DNA of 54,291 nucleotides, the filler included, from Jimgerdemannia flammicorona (taxonomy: Eukaryota), in NCBI GenBank assembly GCA_003990765.1. It is 3 parts of 3 records of this genome, joined end to end, with 100 filler letters (N's around TTAATTAATTAA, not from the genome) between each part and the next. Parts side by side here need not be neighbours in the genome. Positions count along the whole stretch, not along the records: positions 18,139 to 36,166 come from RBNJ01002324.1; 2 more parts are not named here. One strand, written 5' to 3'. A program made the position numbers and the translations under genes. The notes beneath the pieces were generated by a model. That model saw only the letters and a list, made by a program, of their open reading frames with translations. It searched no databases and was not told the DNA's origin. Positions 21,714-33,400 of the stretch are shown in pieces. Positions within the stretch are counted from its first letter, which is position 1, and every line of letters starts with the position of its first letter.

Positions 21714-24700
21714 ATGGAAATGCATCCCCCTACATTCTATGGATATACTACTGAAGAGTCAATCCTGACCTTCATTGAAGACTTTGAACAATTTGCCGCC
21801 ATATGAGCCCTTGGTATGGATGCTCAATTGGTCCTTCTACCAGTCAGCCTCAGAGGACCTGCCAGAGTCAAGTTCAATACAGCCACCATTGCTGATACTG
21901 GTGCAGCCAAACTTGCCAACATGAAGGCCTTCCTCAGAACAATATATTATACCAAAAAGATCAAGCAAGCTCTCAAGGATCAACTCAATACTATCTGCCA
22001 GAGACTTAGTGAAGATCCCAACTCATTCTATACCCAAATTTGCCACCAGATTGTCTTGACTGGCTATGATGATCGCCTCAAGGAACAAATAGCAGATTCA
22101 ACCTTCCTCAAAGGAGTTCACCCTGAAATTGCCCTAGCAATCCAGTCTACCCCAGCTGCACTGACCCTTGATCAGAAAGTGGTCTTTGCACAGAGATATT
22201 GGACCGCCAGACACCCTGCTGAACACTCAATGGAGAAAATAACTGGCATCAAGATGGAGCCATCAAAGCCAACTAGTATCTTACCTACCATAGTTGTAAA
22301 CAGACAACCAACCCCACCTATCCCCAAGACAGCCAAAGCTGACCCAGTGGAAGAACTTGCCAAGCAGTTTGCTGAGATGACTGCACACCTTGGTGATGTT
22401 GTTAGAGAAGTCCGAAGTGCCAACAGGAGACTAGTGCAGAGATTTGCAGCTGCTACAGAAGAATGCAATAACATTACATACTTCAGATGTGGAGAAGAAG
22501 GCCACTATGCAAAGAATTGCATGACCAAAACAAGACACAAAGCCCAACCAAGCAATGCTAGCAGAACTAGAGAACAAACTAATGCAGTAGTCATCGAGGA
22601 GATTGGTGACACTGATGATGAAGAGTATTACAAGGAGCTCGAATTCTACCCTACTACTGAAGGTACCAGAACCTGGTCCAAGCCCTATGACAAGAAGAGC
22701 AACAGCAAGCCAGTTGGAAGACCAAAAAAGACTCCAGCTGTCACTATTCAAAGTAAGACCCAACATGAGGAGATTAATCAAGACATGGAGTTAGATGAGG
22801 CCACCTGCCAAATTATCAAAGATACTACTCTAGTCTCAGGAGAAAGTGAGAGCAAGAAGGAACAGAAGCTGTGCAAGACCAAGATCCACCAGTATGACAT
22901 CTACAAAGACCTCAAGGAACAGAAGGTCAATGCCACTTTTGGGCAGCTAGCTGAAGTCCCTGCCTTCAGACAGCAATTGAGAGTAGGACTTGCAACTACT
23001 GTCAAGAATCAAGAGTACAAGATTGTAGAAGCTCACAATGCACAAGAAGAATCTGAGAACTCAGGTGAAGAATCTGAAGACCAGCGCAAGACATCAGCCT
23101 ATACCCCCTGCCAGATCGAAGACTTTATCTTTGATGCCATCATTGATACTGGTGCTGGAGGATGCCTCATGAGCAAGAAGGCAATTGACCACCTAGGTTG
23201 GGACATTGAAGAGTCCACCAAAATGGTCTATGTCACAGCAGATGGTACATGAGCTACCCCCCTTGGCAAAATCTGAGAAGTTCCCATCAAGATAAGAGGA
23301 GCTACTATCCCAGTAGACATGATTGTTACAAGCGCCACCAACTATGACATCCTCATTGGCAACCAATGGCTTCACAAGGCCAAGGCCATCATTGACCTCA
23401 ATGCCCAGAAGATGCAGATCAACTACAGAGGGAGAAAGATACAAGTTTCTATCAATATCCACAAAGGAGTCCTGCCAGACATAGAGGAAGGAGATGAAGA
23501 AAACACAGAGGTCTTCATGCACTCGGTGAACAAGAACAAGAACAAGAACAAGACACTCAAGCTCACAGATGAGCAGTGGTATAACAAGATCATCGATGGG
23601 TATGCCCCTCAAGGAAGATGCCCCCATGGTACTAAAATGTACTGCTCCGAACACCTGAATGACTGCTGGTCCTGTATCAGTGAAGTCAGGAAAATCTGCT
23701 AATGAAAATATGAGCAAGAAGCTGCCAAAGCAAAAAGGAAAGCTGAAGAAGATGACCAGCCCCCAGAGCTTCAAGCTGACAGTGACGATGAGGAGGAACA
23801 AGAACCAGACATCACTCTCAAGGTCAAGAAGTTTCACCCTGAAGCCAAGATCCCAGAATACAAGACTAAAGGAGCCATAGGAATGGATCTTGCCAGCATC
23901 CAAGATACTACCCTCAAACCACAGATCACTACCCTACTTGGCACTGGAATTGGAGTCAAGTTGCCAGAAAACCATACCGGAATTATCAAGACCAGGAGCA
24001 GTCTGGCCAAAAGTGAAATCTCAGTTGAAGGAGGAGTAATTGACCCTGATTACACTGGTGAGATTTTTCTCATAGTCAGAAATCACAACCACACCACCCC
24101 CTTCGAAGTCAAGAAGTATGACAGGATTGGCCAGATGCTGATCTATGAAATCAAGAAGCCCAAGATCATAGAGACCACTGAACTTATCAAGACCAAAAGA
24201 GGAGAACAAGGCTTTGGATCTACTGGAAGAGGAGCCTATGCTACCACCAAGATTACCGAACTTGAGCACAAGAAAGACAAGGACCAGAATAAGCACACAT
24301 ATACCATTGGAGAAAATTTCCCCTGGAGGAATAACTTCTCAAGATCCTGCACCAGAACGAAGGAGTACTTGCTACAGACTTTAGGGATATCCACAATCAA
24401 GGACCCAAGTACTATCACAAAGTTGACACTGGTGATACCAAGCCTATCTACCAGAAAGCCAGACCCATACCACCTGCCTACAGAGAGTGGCTGTGAGCTA
24501 AACTCAAGAAAATGGAAGAAGCTGGAATCATCAAGCAAGCTATCAGCCCCTGGGCCTCACCCATTGTCCTTGTCCCGAAGAAAGGAAGCAAGCCTGGAGA
24601 GTTTGCACCAAGACTCTGCATTGACTATAGGAAACTCAATGCCATCACCAAGAAGGATAGGCAGCCCTTGCCGAATATTCAAGAAATCCTTACCACTCTT

Positions 24701-25747
24701 GGAAATGAAGCCAAATACTATACTACCTTGGATCTGTTCTCAGGCTTTCATCAGATCGGTCTCACTCAAGATGCCAGTGAGAAATCAGCCTTCATCACAC
24801 CTGATGCCACCTACATCTATCTGCGAATGCCATTTGGAATGTGCAATGCTCCAGCAAGTTTCCAGCAAATGATGAACAGAGTCTTCAGCAACGAGATTGG
24901 AAAATGGCTCTTTGTCTATGTTGATGATGTGATCATCTTCAGCAACACTGCATGGGAATATGTCAATCATATACAGCTAGCCCTCATGAGGCTCAAGGAG
25001 CATGGCCTCTACATCAAGCCCAAGAAATGCAAGTTTGTAGCTCAAGAAATCGCCTACCTAGGACATCTCATCAACCAGACTGGAATCCACACAGACTCCA
25101 TGAAGATCAAGGCTGTTGTAGCCTACCCGAGACCCAGAACAACCACAGAAGTCCACACCTTCCTTGGACTGGCCAGCTACTACAGAAGATTTATCAAAGG
25201 ATACTCCAACATTGCAGCACCTATCTATGAGCTACTGAAGAAGGAGACCAAATTTGAATGGACCAAGGAGCACCAAGAAACCTTCAATGAACTCAAGACC
25301 AGGTTGACCCAAGCACCCATCCTCAGAAGACCAGACTGGAACCTAGAATTCATCCTACAGACAGACGTGAGTGCTATAGGACTTGGAGCAGTCCTAGCTC
25401 AGAAGAAAGATGGACATGAATATGTTATCTCCTATGCAAGCTGAGGTACCCATGGAGCAGAACAGAACTATGAGTCATACAAGCTTGAATGCTTAGTGAT
25501 AGTTTGGGCAGTAGACAAGTTTCACTACTACCTAGCTGGAAAACACTTCACCATTCAGACAGACCATTCTGCTCTTGCCTGGCTATTCCACACTCTGAAC
25601 CCCAAAGGAATATATGCTAGATGGATCTACAGACTGCAAGAATATGAGTATACTATCAAGCACTACCCAGGAAAGACTAACACCAATGCTGATGCACTCT
25701 CAAGGACACTCCGAAACATCCCCATCAAGACTACTCAATATGAATAA
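21714..25747 (+). pseudogene. Family A gag-protease-dUTPase-RT-RNase H polyprotein
   Basis: Decayed zinc knuckle (Y)FRCGEEGHYAKNC, protease IIDTGA, RT LRMPFG and YVDD, RNase H LQTDVS and TNADALSR. It has a few C-to-T-type stops (TGA, TAA) and a frameshift near 24320. Confidence 0.93.
23817..24227 (+). CDS. dUTPase domain of family A pol, between protease and RT
   Basis: All five trimeric dUTPase motifs are present: GMDL, RSSLA, GGVIDPDYTGE, RIGQ and RGEQGFGSTG. Confidence 0.93.
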
Positions 25748-26987
25748 GGAGCTATACTATGGATTAATCAGCTACCTTGGGCAGCAGAAGATGCCCAACC
25801 ACCTCGAACCCTGGACAATCACCATCATCAACCAGACTTGGAAACAGTTTGAATTAGACAACACTACACTCAGAAAAGGAGGAAAGCTAATAATATCTGA
25901 ATATAAGAAGTATCAAGTAATGAAGGAAGTATATGAGCAAGGACACTTAGGAGGAACCAACACATATGACAAGGCAAGAAGAACCATGTGGTGGCCCAAG
26001 ATGGAAGAAGACCTGCGCCAATTTGTCAAAAGGTGTGACAAGTGCCAAAAACAGAAACAAGATCAGCAAGACCAGGTACCCAGATCATCAAGAATTGAGC
26101 CTATCCCCTTCCACCACATCACAATGGATATCATTGGACCACTACCAGTAATACTATCAGGAAATCACTATATTATAGTTATTGTAGACCTCTTCACCAA
26201 ATGGATAGAGGCAGGAGCATTACAAGAAGCCAATGCCCTCTCTATAGCTGACTTCCTACACCAAGAAATCATTTGCCACTATAAGACACCAAAGCAAATC
26301 ACAACAGACTGTGGTACAGAATTTATCAATGGATTCCATGAGATAATGTATCAGAAATACAAGATCCAGTACATCAAGACCACTATGTACCACCCTCAAG
26401 GAAATGGACAGATAGAGAGAACCAATAAGACCCTCAAGAACATCCTAGTAAAGATCTCAGAGACATATGAGAATTGGGATAACTATCTCCCAACTGCCCT
26501 CTCTGTTCTACAAGACATACAGTCACAGAGTACACATTTTACCCCAAGAGAGCTGCTCTTCAGAGAAGAAGATTCTGATAGAACCTCAGCTACAAATCTA
26601 GACCTAACTTGGAGATGGGTTGATGCAGAAATCCAGAGACTACACCAAATCAGGAAGAAGGCTGAGGATTACATCACCAAGTTACAAGGACTGATAAGGA
26701 AGAATACAGAAAAGAATTACAAGGCCCTAGAACCCATCCAAATCGGAGAAAAGGTTCTACTGTATCAAAATATGGTAGAAGCCTCATGGTCATGAAAACT
26801 GGAGCCCAAATGGGAAGGACTCTTCTATGTGCAAGATATTAAGGGAACTACCTTCTGGTTTAGAAAAATCTCAGGAACCATACTGCCTACCACAGTATAT
26901 AGGAACAGACTCAAGAAGTACCATAAACCTATACAAGAGAAGCAAAACGTGATAACTACCCATGAGGTTCTAGTCCACGAATCATAA
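25740..26987 (+). pseudogene. Family A integrase, encoded in a separate frame with its own ATG
   Basis: GHLG...CDKCQ zinc domain, MDIIGP/TTDCGTEF/NGQIER DDE core and a GPF-like KWEGLF...NRLKKYH region. One internal TGA at 26793. No chromodomain. Confidence 0.9.
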
Positions 26988-27541
26988 CAGCATATCCTGT
27001 AACCAGCAGGCTATCTGTCTGGACCATTCTCTAAGAGATATGGTACTGGCAACTACTCATCTATGAGACTTTTGCAGTCAGAGGAGTTTGAACCGTCAAC
27101 TGATTGGTCAAGATCAGAATCAGGCCCTTGCTCTATATGAAGGGAGCAACTCTTCACCATCACGCCAAAATATAAAGAGAAGACACCAGCCCATAAACAC
27201 TAGTTTTTGACCCCTTGCCAGAGGTTATGGGATCAGCAAATTTTCAAGACTGGACTAATGAATAAGAATGCTCAGAAAGATCCTTATTCAGGAGAAAGAT
27301 GTAACAATGACCCCAGAATGATGACATTAGCACAGGAGACAGCCTTTCCTTACAAGCCACCAGATTGGAGCACAAGAAGATCATATGGCATATGAGATGA
27401 GCAATGATGACCAACCATGAGTTATTGTGACCACAGCACAAGCATCCTGAAGAATATAAAAGAAGGATCAAGAAACTACAGTAGCAGTAACCAATAAGAA
27501 CCACCAACCCCAAAATAGCTTAAAGACTTACTACAAATGAA

Positions 27542-28381
27542 ATGCCTGCTACCTGCTAAACCTCAAGGTCAAGGAATCACCAAGGTATCTCAGTTGAGGA
27601 AAGGATGTTCCAAGACATCAGAAGAGCTATGAGGACCTACTCAAGAAGGACTCCTAGTATCAACCTGGGTACTGCAGACCCTTATCACTTTATTCTCTAC
27701 CACTATGAAATGGAAACAAGGATTACCATTGCTACTGAATGCCTCCAAATATGGTAGGAGTACGAAATAGGAAACCTCCTCTGCCAGGAGTTTCCACAAG
27801 CCAGCACCCAAGAGCTACAAGATGCCACTTCCATGGATATACGTGAAACAAGGACAGCTAAAAAGATCCATCAGATCTTCAGGCATACACTATAGTCGAT
27901 CCCCAACTTGGAGTATGTCAGAGTCTCAGACTTCAGAGATCTATCATCCTGCTGTATCAATGCACTAGAAGCCAGGGTGGCTACAGAAGCCCAGTCCACT
28001 ATCACCCTCAACAGTGAAGAAGTAGAAGACTTCTGGCACTCTATCCTTCAGGACAACCCAGATCAATTCCTGCAAGGATTGATCTCAGTATTCCAAGGCC
28101 CAAGCATTTGAGTTAGATCTCCCCAAAACCCCACATTTGTTCCTTATTTTGTGGAAGAGAACCTCATAGACTGGAGAGCTCCAGACCTTGTCTCTGATTT
28201 CCCTACCACAGCCGAACGTGATGACATCATCAATGACGTCATCGATGATGTCATCCCGTGCGACATACCTGAAGCACGTGAAGTACACGAAATGCATGAC
28301 CTACATGACGAATTCACAGATCTCATCTCCTTCAGTGATGATGATGATAAAGCCCCCATGATCCTGAACTTTCTGCTCTAA
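27542..28381 (+). pseudogene. Decayed family A LTR ORF in the 3' LTR
   Basis: Colinear with 20316-21131. It is 840 nt (net +24) with several transition-derived stops. Confidence 0.85.
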
Positions 28382-28862
28382 GTTTTTTGTTACACTGGAT
28401 AATGCCAGTACCGGTATTCTCATGTAACACTGAATAATACCAGCACTGGTATTCTCATGTAACACTGGATAATACCAGCACCGGTATTCTGAGGTGATGC
28501 AAAATTGTTCCAGCACTGGCATTTTGATATAACACTAAATAATACTAGCCCTGGAACTTAGTAGTTTTAGTTATTGGAATTTATATTTAGCTTTATATCT
28601 TAGCAACCATTGAATTATATTTTGTATAAATACCCCTCCTATTTCCTCTGAAATAAAGTCAGTTCTGGTTTCACTTATACACACTTCCTTGCAAGCAATC
28701 TAAGAGATAACAAGACAGTTAAAGATAAGAAGTTTGAGGACTATAAGACCTTGGGAAGGCACTCCAATAAGAACTTGCTTATAACAAACTTGAGTTAGTC
28801 TAAGAGATATACCTTGAAGAGAATCTGGTATATTTGAAGGACTCAGTGACCACTATATGACA

Positions 28863-30475
28863 ATATATATACTAAAACTTTCTCTTCTATCTTAATAATC
28901 TCTAAGGATTTGTAAATCTTCTCTACATTATTCTATTATAGAGCCTGCATCTTGGTTATATAATTCTCAGTCTTATTTCTAATTTAGTATAGTCTCTATA
29001 TCTTCATATCTACATATTTCTATAGTATCTTTATTGAATATTAGAGTTTCTTAAGGACTTTCTTTTCTGAACAGTATTTCTTATAAAGTAAAATAGATAC
29101 TTTATAATTAGATATCTCAGAGAGTAGATAATATTATTGACAGATAGTAATTTCAGTTTTTATAGTTATTATAGATCTTAGTAATAATATTTTTAAGAGT
29201 CTTATTTATCCTTTCTGCTTATCTATTTCTCTGAGAGTAATAGATTGTAGTCTGAATATACTAGATCTTGTACTTCTTATAGAAACTCTCAAAAAACTAG
29301 TTCATGAATTCTATTCCTCTATCTGTAGTTACTTGTATTGAGGTCTTGAATCAGCAGATGATTTCTTTGTAAAAGAAATCAGTAATTAATATATATTAAC
29401 TTTCTTAAGAGATCCTACTTCTATCTATTTTATAAAAATATCAATAATAATAATGATATATCAGTTATTAGTTAAAGTCAAGAGTAGTGGGCCAATTATA
29501 TCTATTATAATATATATAAAGAATATTAATTCAATGTATACTGATTCTGAGGTCTAATTTCATTAGTCTTATTTCTATTTCTAGGATTTATTAGAGATCT
29601 TGACAAATTATCTGATATCTTTCTCTATTTCTGGCTACTATATTGTTCTTCTTATTTTATTAAATATATTTGTTCCTCCTAGATAGCTAAGTTTATATAC
29701 TAATTTCATTACTTGCTTCTTCTTGTATTCAGATATAACTAGTAGTTTTTCTTTTTTCAATATTTCTCTATCAGTCTTGAATTGTTTCCATATTCTGTTA
29801 ATAATCATTTATATCTATTCTTTTAGATATTGAGACATCTTTCACTGTCTCAGATAGATAATAATTCTATAATAGAGCTCCTTTTTCATAGTTGGTTTGC
29901 TGGTTGAGAGTTCTTCAGAGTATTTATGAGAGAATATCTGCATTAATATTGATTCTTTTTAGATGATATATAATAGTTATATAATAGGCTTATAACTTTA
30001 TAATCTATCTGACATAGATTTCTTTAGGTTATCTAATAGTTAGTAGTCAAGTAAGGGCTGAGTAGTCTATTTGAATGATGAAGTATCTTTCAGTAAGATA
30101 GTAGTAGAACTTTTCTATAGCCCAGATGACTATAAGATATTCTAACTTATAGATTTTATATTTCTTTTTAGCTTCTCAGATTCTTTGACTAAGATATGTG
30201 ATAACATACTCTACTTTATCTTTCTTCTGAGCCAGGACTACTCCTAGTTCTTATATACTTATATCTGTCTACAAAATTAATTTCTGAGACTAATCTGATT
30301 TTTCAAGAATAGATACTTGGGTCAGTCTGATCTTGAGCTCATCAAATACTTTCTGTTACCTACTAGTTTACTGAAACTTGATATTCTTCTTATTGAGTTC
30401 ATAGATTAGATCTGTAATATTGAAAAATCCTTTAATAAATCTGCAATAGTATGAGGCTAGTTCTACAATAGACTT
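28863..30475 (-). mobile_element. Old A2 Gypsy relic (RT end, RNase H, integrase)
   Basis: The reverse complement aligns by eye with the family A RNase H/integrase and with 6645-7370. It is very TA-rich. Confidence 0.75.
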
Positions 30476-30480
30476 TTTTT

Positions 30481-33400
30481 AGTAATATTCAGGTTATATA
30501 AACTTCAAGCAACTCCCAAGATATCTTTTTTTTTTAGAGAAAAGATACTAACAACATGGCAACTAATGAGCATTCCAAGGTATATACTGGGCAGAGTGAC
30601 CTTAGTATATTTGACTGGCAGATGGGGTGGAGCCATGACTTGAGGGGAAGTATGAGAGGCTTGCTGGTAGGAGGTTGTAGAAGAAGAGAGGGCAGAATTA
30701 GTGAACAGGGGTCTGGGAGGATGAGCTTTACCAATAAGGTGAAGGGAGGTTGACTGATACCAATGGTGGGGCTGGAGGGCTGGCTGAGAAAGGGCAAGGA
30801 GATAGAGAGGGCTGTAGATTCTGAGAGAGCAGTCTATGGAGGCAAGAGCAGCAGGACTGAAGTAGTAGCTGGGAGGAGTAGAACTGCTGATAGAGGGGGG
30901 ACTGCTAATCTGAAAAAAAATCCAAATATAACAGTTGATGGTGGATCTGGACAGAGAGTAGGCACAAGGCCTGAGGACCTAGCAGATGGTGTGGCAGAGC
31001 TGGTAGCAACTCTATTACTTAAGAAATTAAGGTTCAAATTTACTGTCATATTGTACTTCTGAGACTTGGCAGTTATAGTAAGGATAATTCTGGGGCTTTT
31101 GGCTCAGAAGGTGAAGGGAGCTACCTCAGTGAAGTTTTTGAAGAGACAGAAAGAAGTGGAGATTGCTAAATAAAAAAAAAAAAAAAAAAAAAAAGAAGTG
31201 GAGATTGGCTTTGAGCAGGAGGAGGTGCTGTTGGAGGTGATGAAGAAGAGAGTAGTAGTGGGGGGGGGTGGTAATCTCCATGATATGGTACTTGTACTAG
31301 GACTCTCAAGTGATACAGTTGATAGTACTGGACATATCAACTATATTGAAGGAGATGGTCAGGGGGTTGATTGTAGAGGCCATCAAGGAGTATAGAGAGA
31401 TCATAGATATTGAGTTTAGGGTCTGAGAGAGTACTGAGTTCAGGACTAGGGATGTAGACATCAGAGTGTAGCTGATGGACAAGAAAAATATGAGAAAGGT
31501 GAGGGACTGGTCAGTGGTTCTAAAGTAGAGATCTATGGAGTATAAGGTGTAGGTGAAGGAGATGCTAAAAGAAGAAGAAGACTTGCTGGAGGTATTGGAA
31601 GATCTGGCAGGGGCTGTGGAGAGAAGAAGATTGATCTGAAAGGAGTTTAAGGCCAAGATGATTGTAGAGATTGTCAATGGTAAGAGAGTGCAGCTGGATC
31701 AGACAGCCTGGGAGAGAGCACAGAGGAGGCAGATTCAGAAGGAGCTGTTGGAGAAGTTGGGAGGAGAGATGGTGGGGGAGACCATAGTTGAAGATGTGGG
31801 GTTGTAAGTAAGTATCTGGGTGGGGGAGAAGGGGGCAACTCTGGAGGTACCCTAGAGAGCAGAAGGTGGCTCTATATTGAGTGTAGTTGTGGAAGATGCA
31901 GAGATGGTTGAGGGGGAGCATCCTCAGTATGGAGTGCCAGATGGGGCTGCTAGTGAGGAGAAACTGCAGAATGTTCTAGAGGAGGATTGAAATGAGTCAG
32001 TAAGATGGAATACTGAGAGAGAGCAGGTAGAGAGGGTGAAGAGAGTGATTGAGAGAGTTGAGGAGACTGTGGATGAAGAGAAGTAGCTGTGGAAAATACT
32101 AGAGAATATGGCAGCTGAGGAGCTGAGAGGAGAGGACTTTTAGATACTAAGTGAGAGACACTGAGGTGAAATCCTACATAGTGAGGAGGTGCTAAGGAAA
32201 ATCTACAATGAGATTATGGTAGTACTGCTGGAGGCTGAGACCTATCAAGTGGATGATGACAGGGAGATAGTACTTAGAGTGATTGTGAATGATTACACAG
32301 CTTACATGTGGGGACTGAGAAAGAGACTGGAAAAGTGGTGGGTAGTATATAAGGAATACCAGTTAGAGATAGAGACTATGGATGAGTATAGAATTATAGA
32401 GTGGGCACTTTCTCTCCAAAAGCATTATTAACTATGAACAGTATAACTAGAATCTTCTCTTTAAATATCAATAGACTGAGAGGTATGATGAGATGACAGA
32501 ATATCTTTATCTAGTTGAAGGGACTGGATGTGGACCTTTTTTTATTACAGGATATGGGTTATGATATAGACTTAGACTTTCTGGACTAGATGAGAGAATG
32601 GAGCAGTATGGCAGTATAGTAGGGTTGAGTAGATATTCTGGTCAGAAGGGGGTAGGGGACATTGGAGACATTGGACATTAGAGGAGCTAATTAGTGTAGA
32701 GAGTGTGGAGGAGACCAGGTTAGAGTCTCCTGACTGTGGGATCATACTATTGCCCAGCAGAAAGAGGGGAGCAAGTGGATTGGGTCCAGGGTCTACAAGA
32801 GGCTAGTGTTCTGGCAGATGTAGAGATCAACTGTCTGAGGGATAACTTTAATATGATACATAATAGCAGGTTGGACAGGACTGATAGAGAGAGGGGTATG
32901 GCAGATAGGAGTAGAGAGATAGAGAACTAGAAGGAGATTGAGAGACTGAGTTCTTTGGTAGATGCTGGGCAACTTGAGTGGACAGATCATAGGGTCTATA
33001 CTCACTGGATAGGAGGACTGAGATCCCAGATAGACTGGGTATTGATAGCTGAGTGCTGGGGTACAGATGTCTGGAGCAAGATTGAGATAGTCTGGTGTCC
33101 TTGGTCTGATCACTGGAGATTACTGGGTGGAGGAAAGTTTGGAGATACATAGTAGAGATGAGTCTAGATATTGGTACCTGAATACTACATTGCTGGGAGA
33201 TAGTGTCTTGTGAGAAGAATAGGTTGTAGATACTGGTACTAAGGTTATTAGCTAGAGGGCACAGGGGTTGGAGATTGGAGATCATTGAAATCTAATGCTC
33301 AGAAGTATTGGAGTGAGGTAGAGAGAGAGAGGGAGGGCCAGTAGAGGTAGCATATTAGGTAGACTTCATAGAGACTGGAAAATCTACTAGAGATGTGGGC

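Larger units (their letters stand above)
20073..28862 (+). mobile_element. Family A Ty3/Gypsy element, near full length: LTRs 20073-21592 and 27300-28862
   Basis: Direct repeats with TGTAAC...TGACA termini, PBS TGGTGCCC at 21596, PPT AGGAGAAAGA at 27290-27299, TATAAATA at 21340 and AATAAA at 21367. The internal region holds gag-pol domains. Confidence 0.95.

Noticed and set aside
22172..24538. Several antisense ORFs over gag-pol (e.g. 23193-23903) and over the LTR ORFs (13351-13689, 37464-37835)
   Set aside because: They are shadows of codon bias in the sense genes and have no independent motifs.
26920..27299. Possible extra small ORF between the family A integrase and the PPT
   Set aside because: Two different frames become open if stops are reverted, and neither has a recognisable motif. 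It cannot be supported without a multi-copy consensus.
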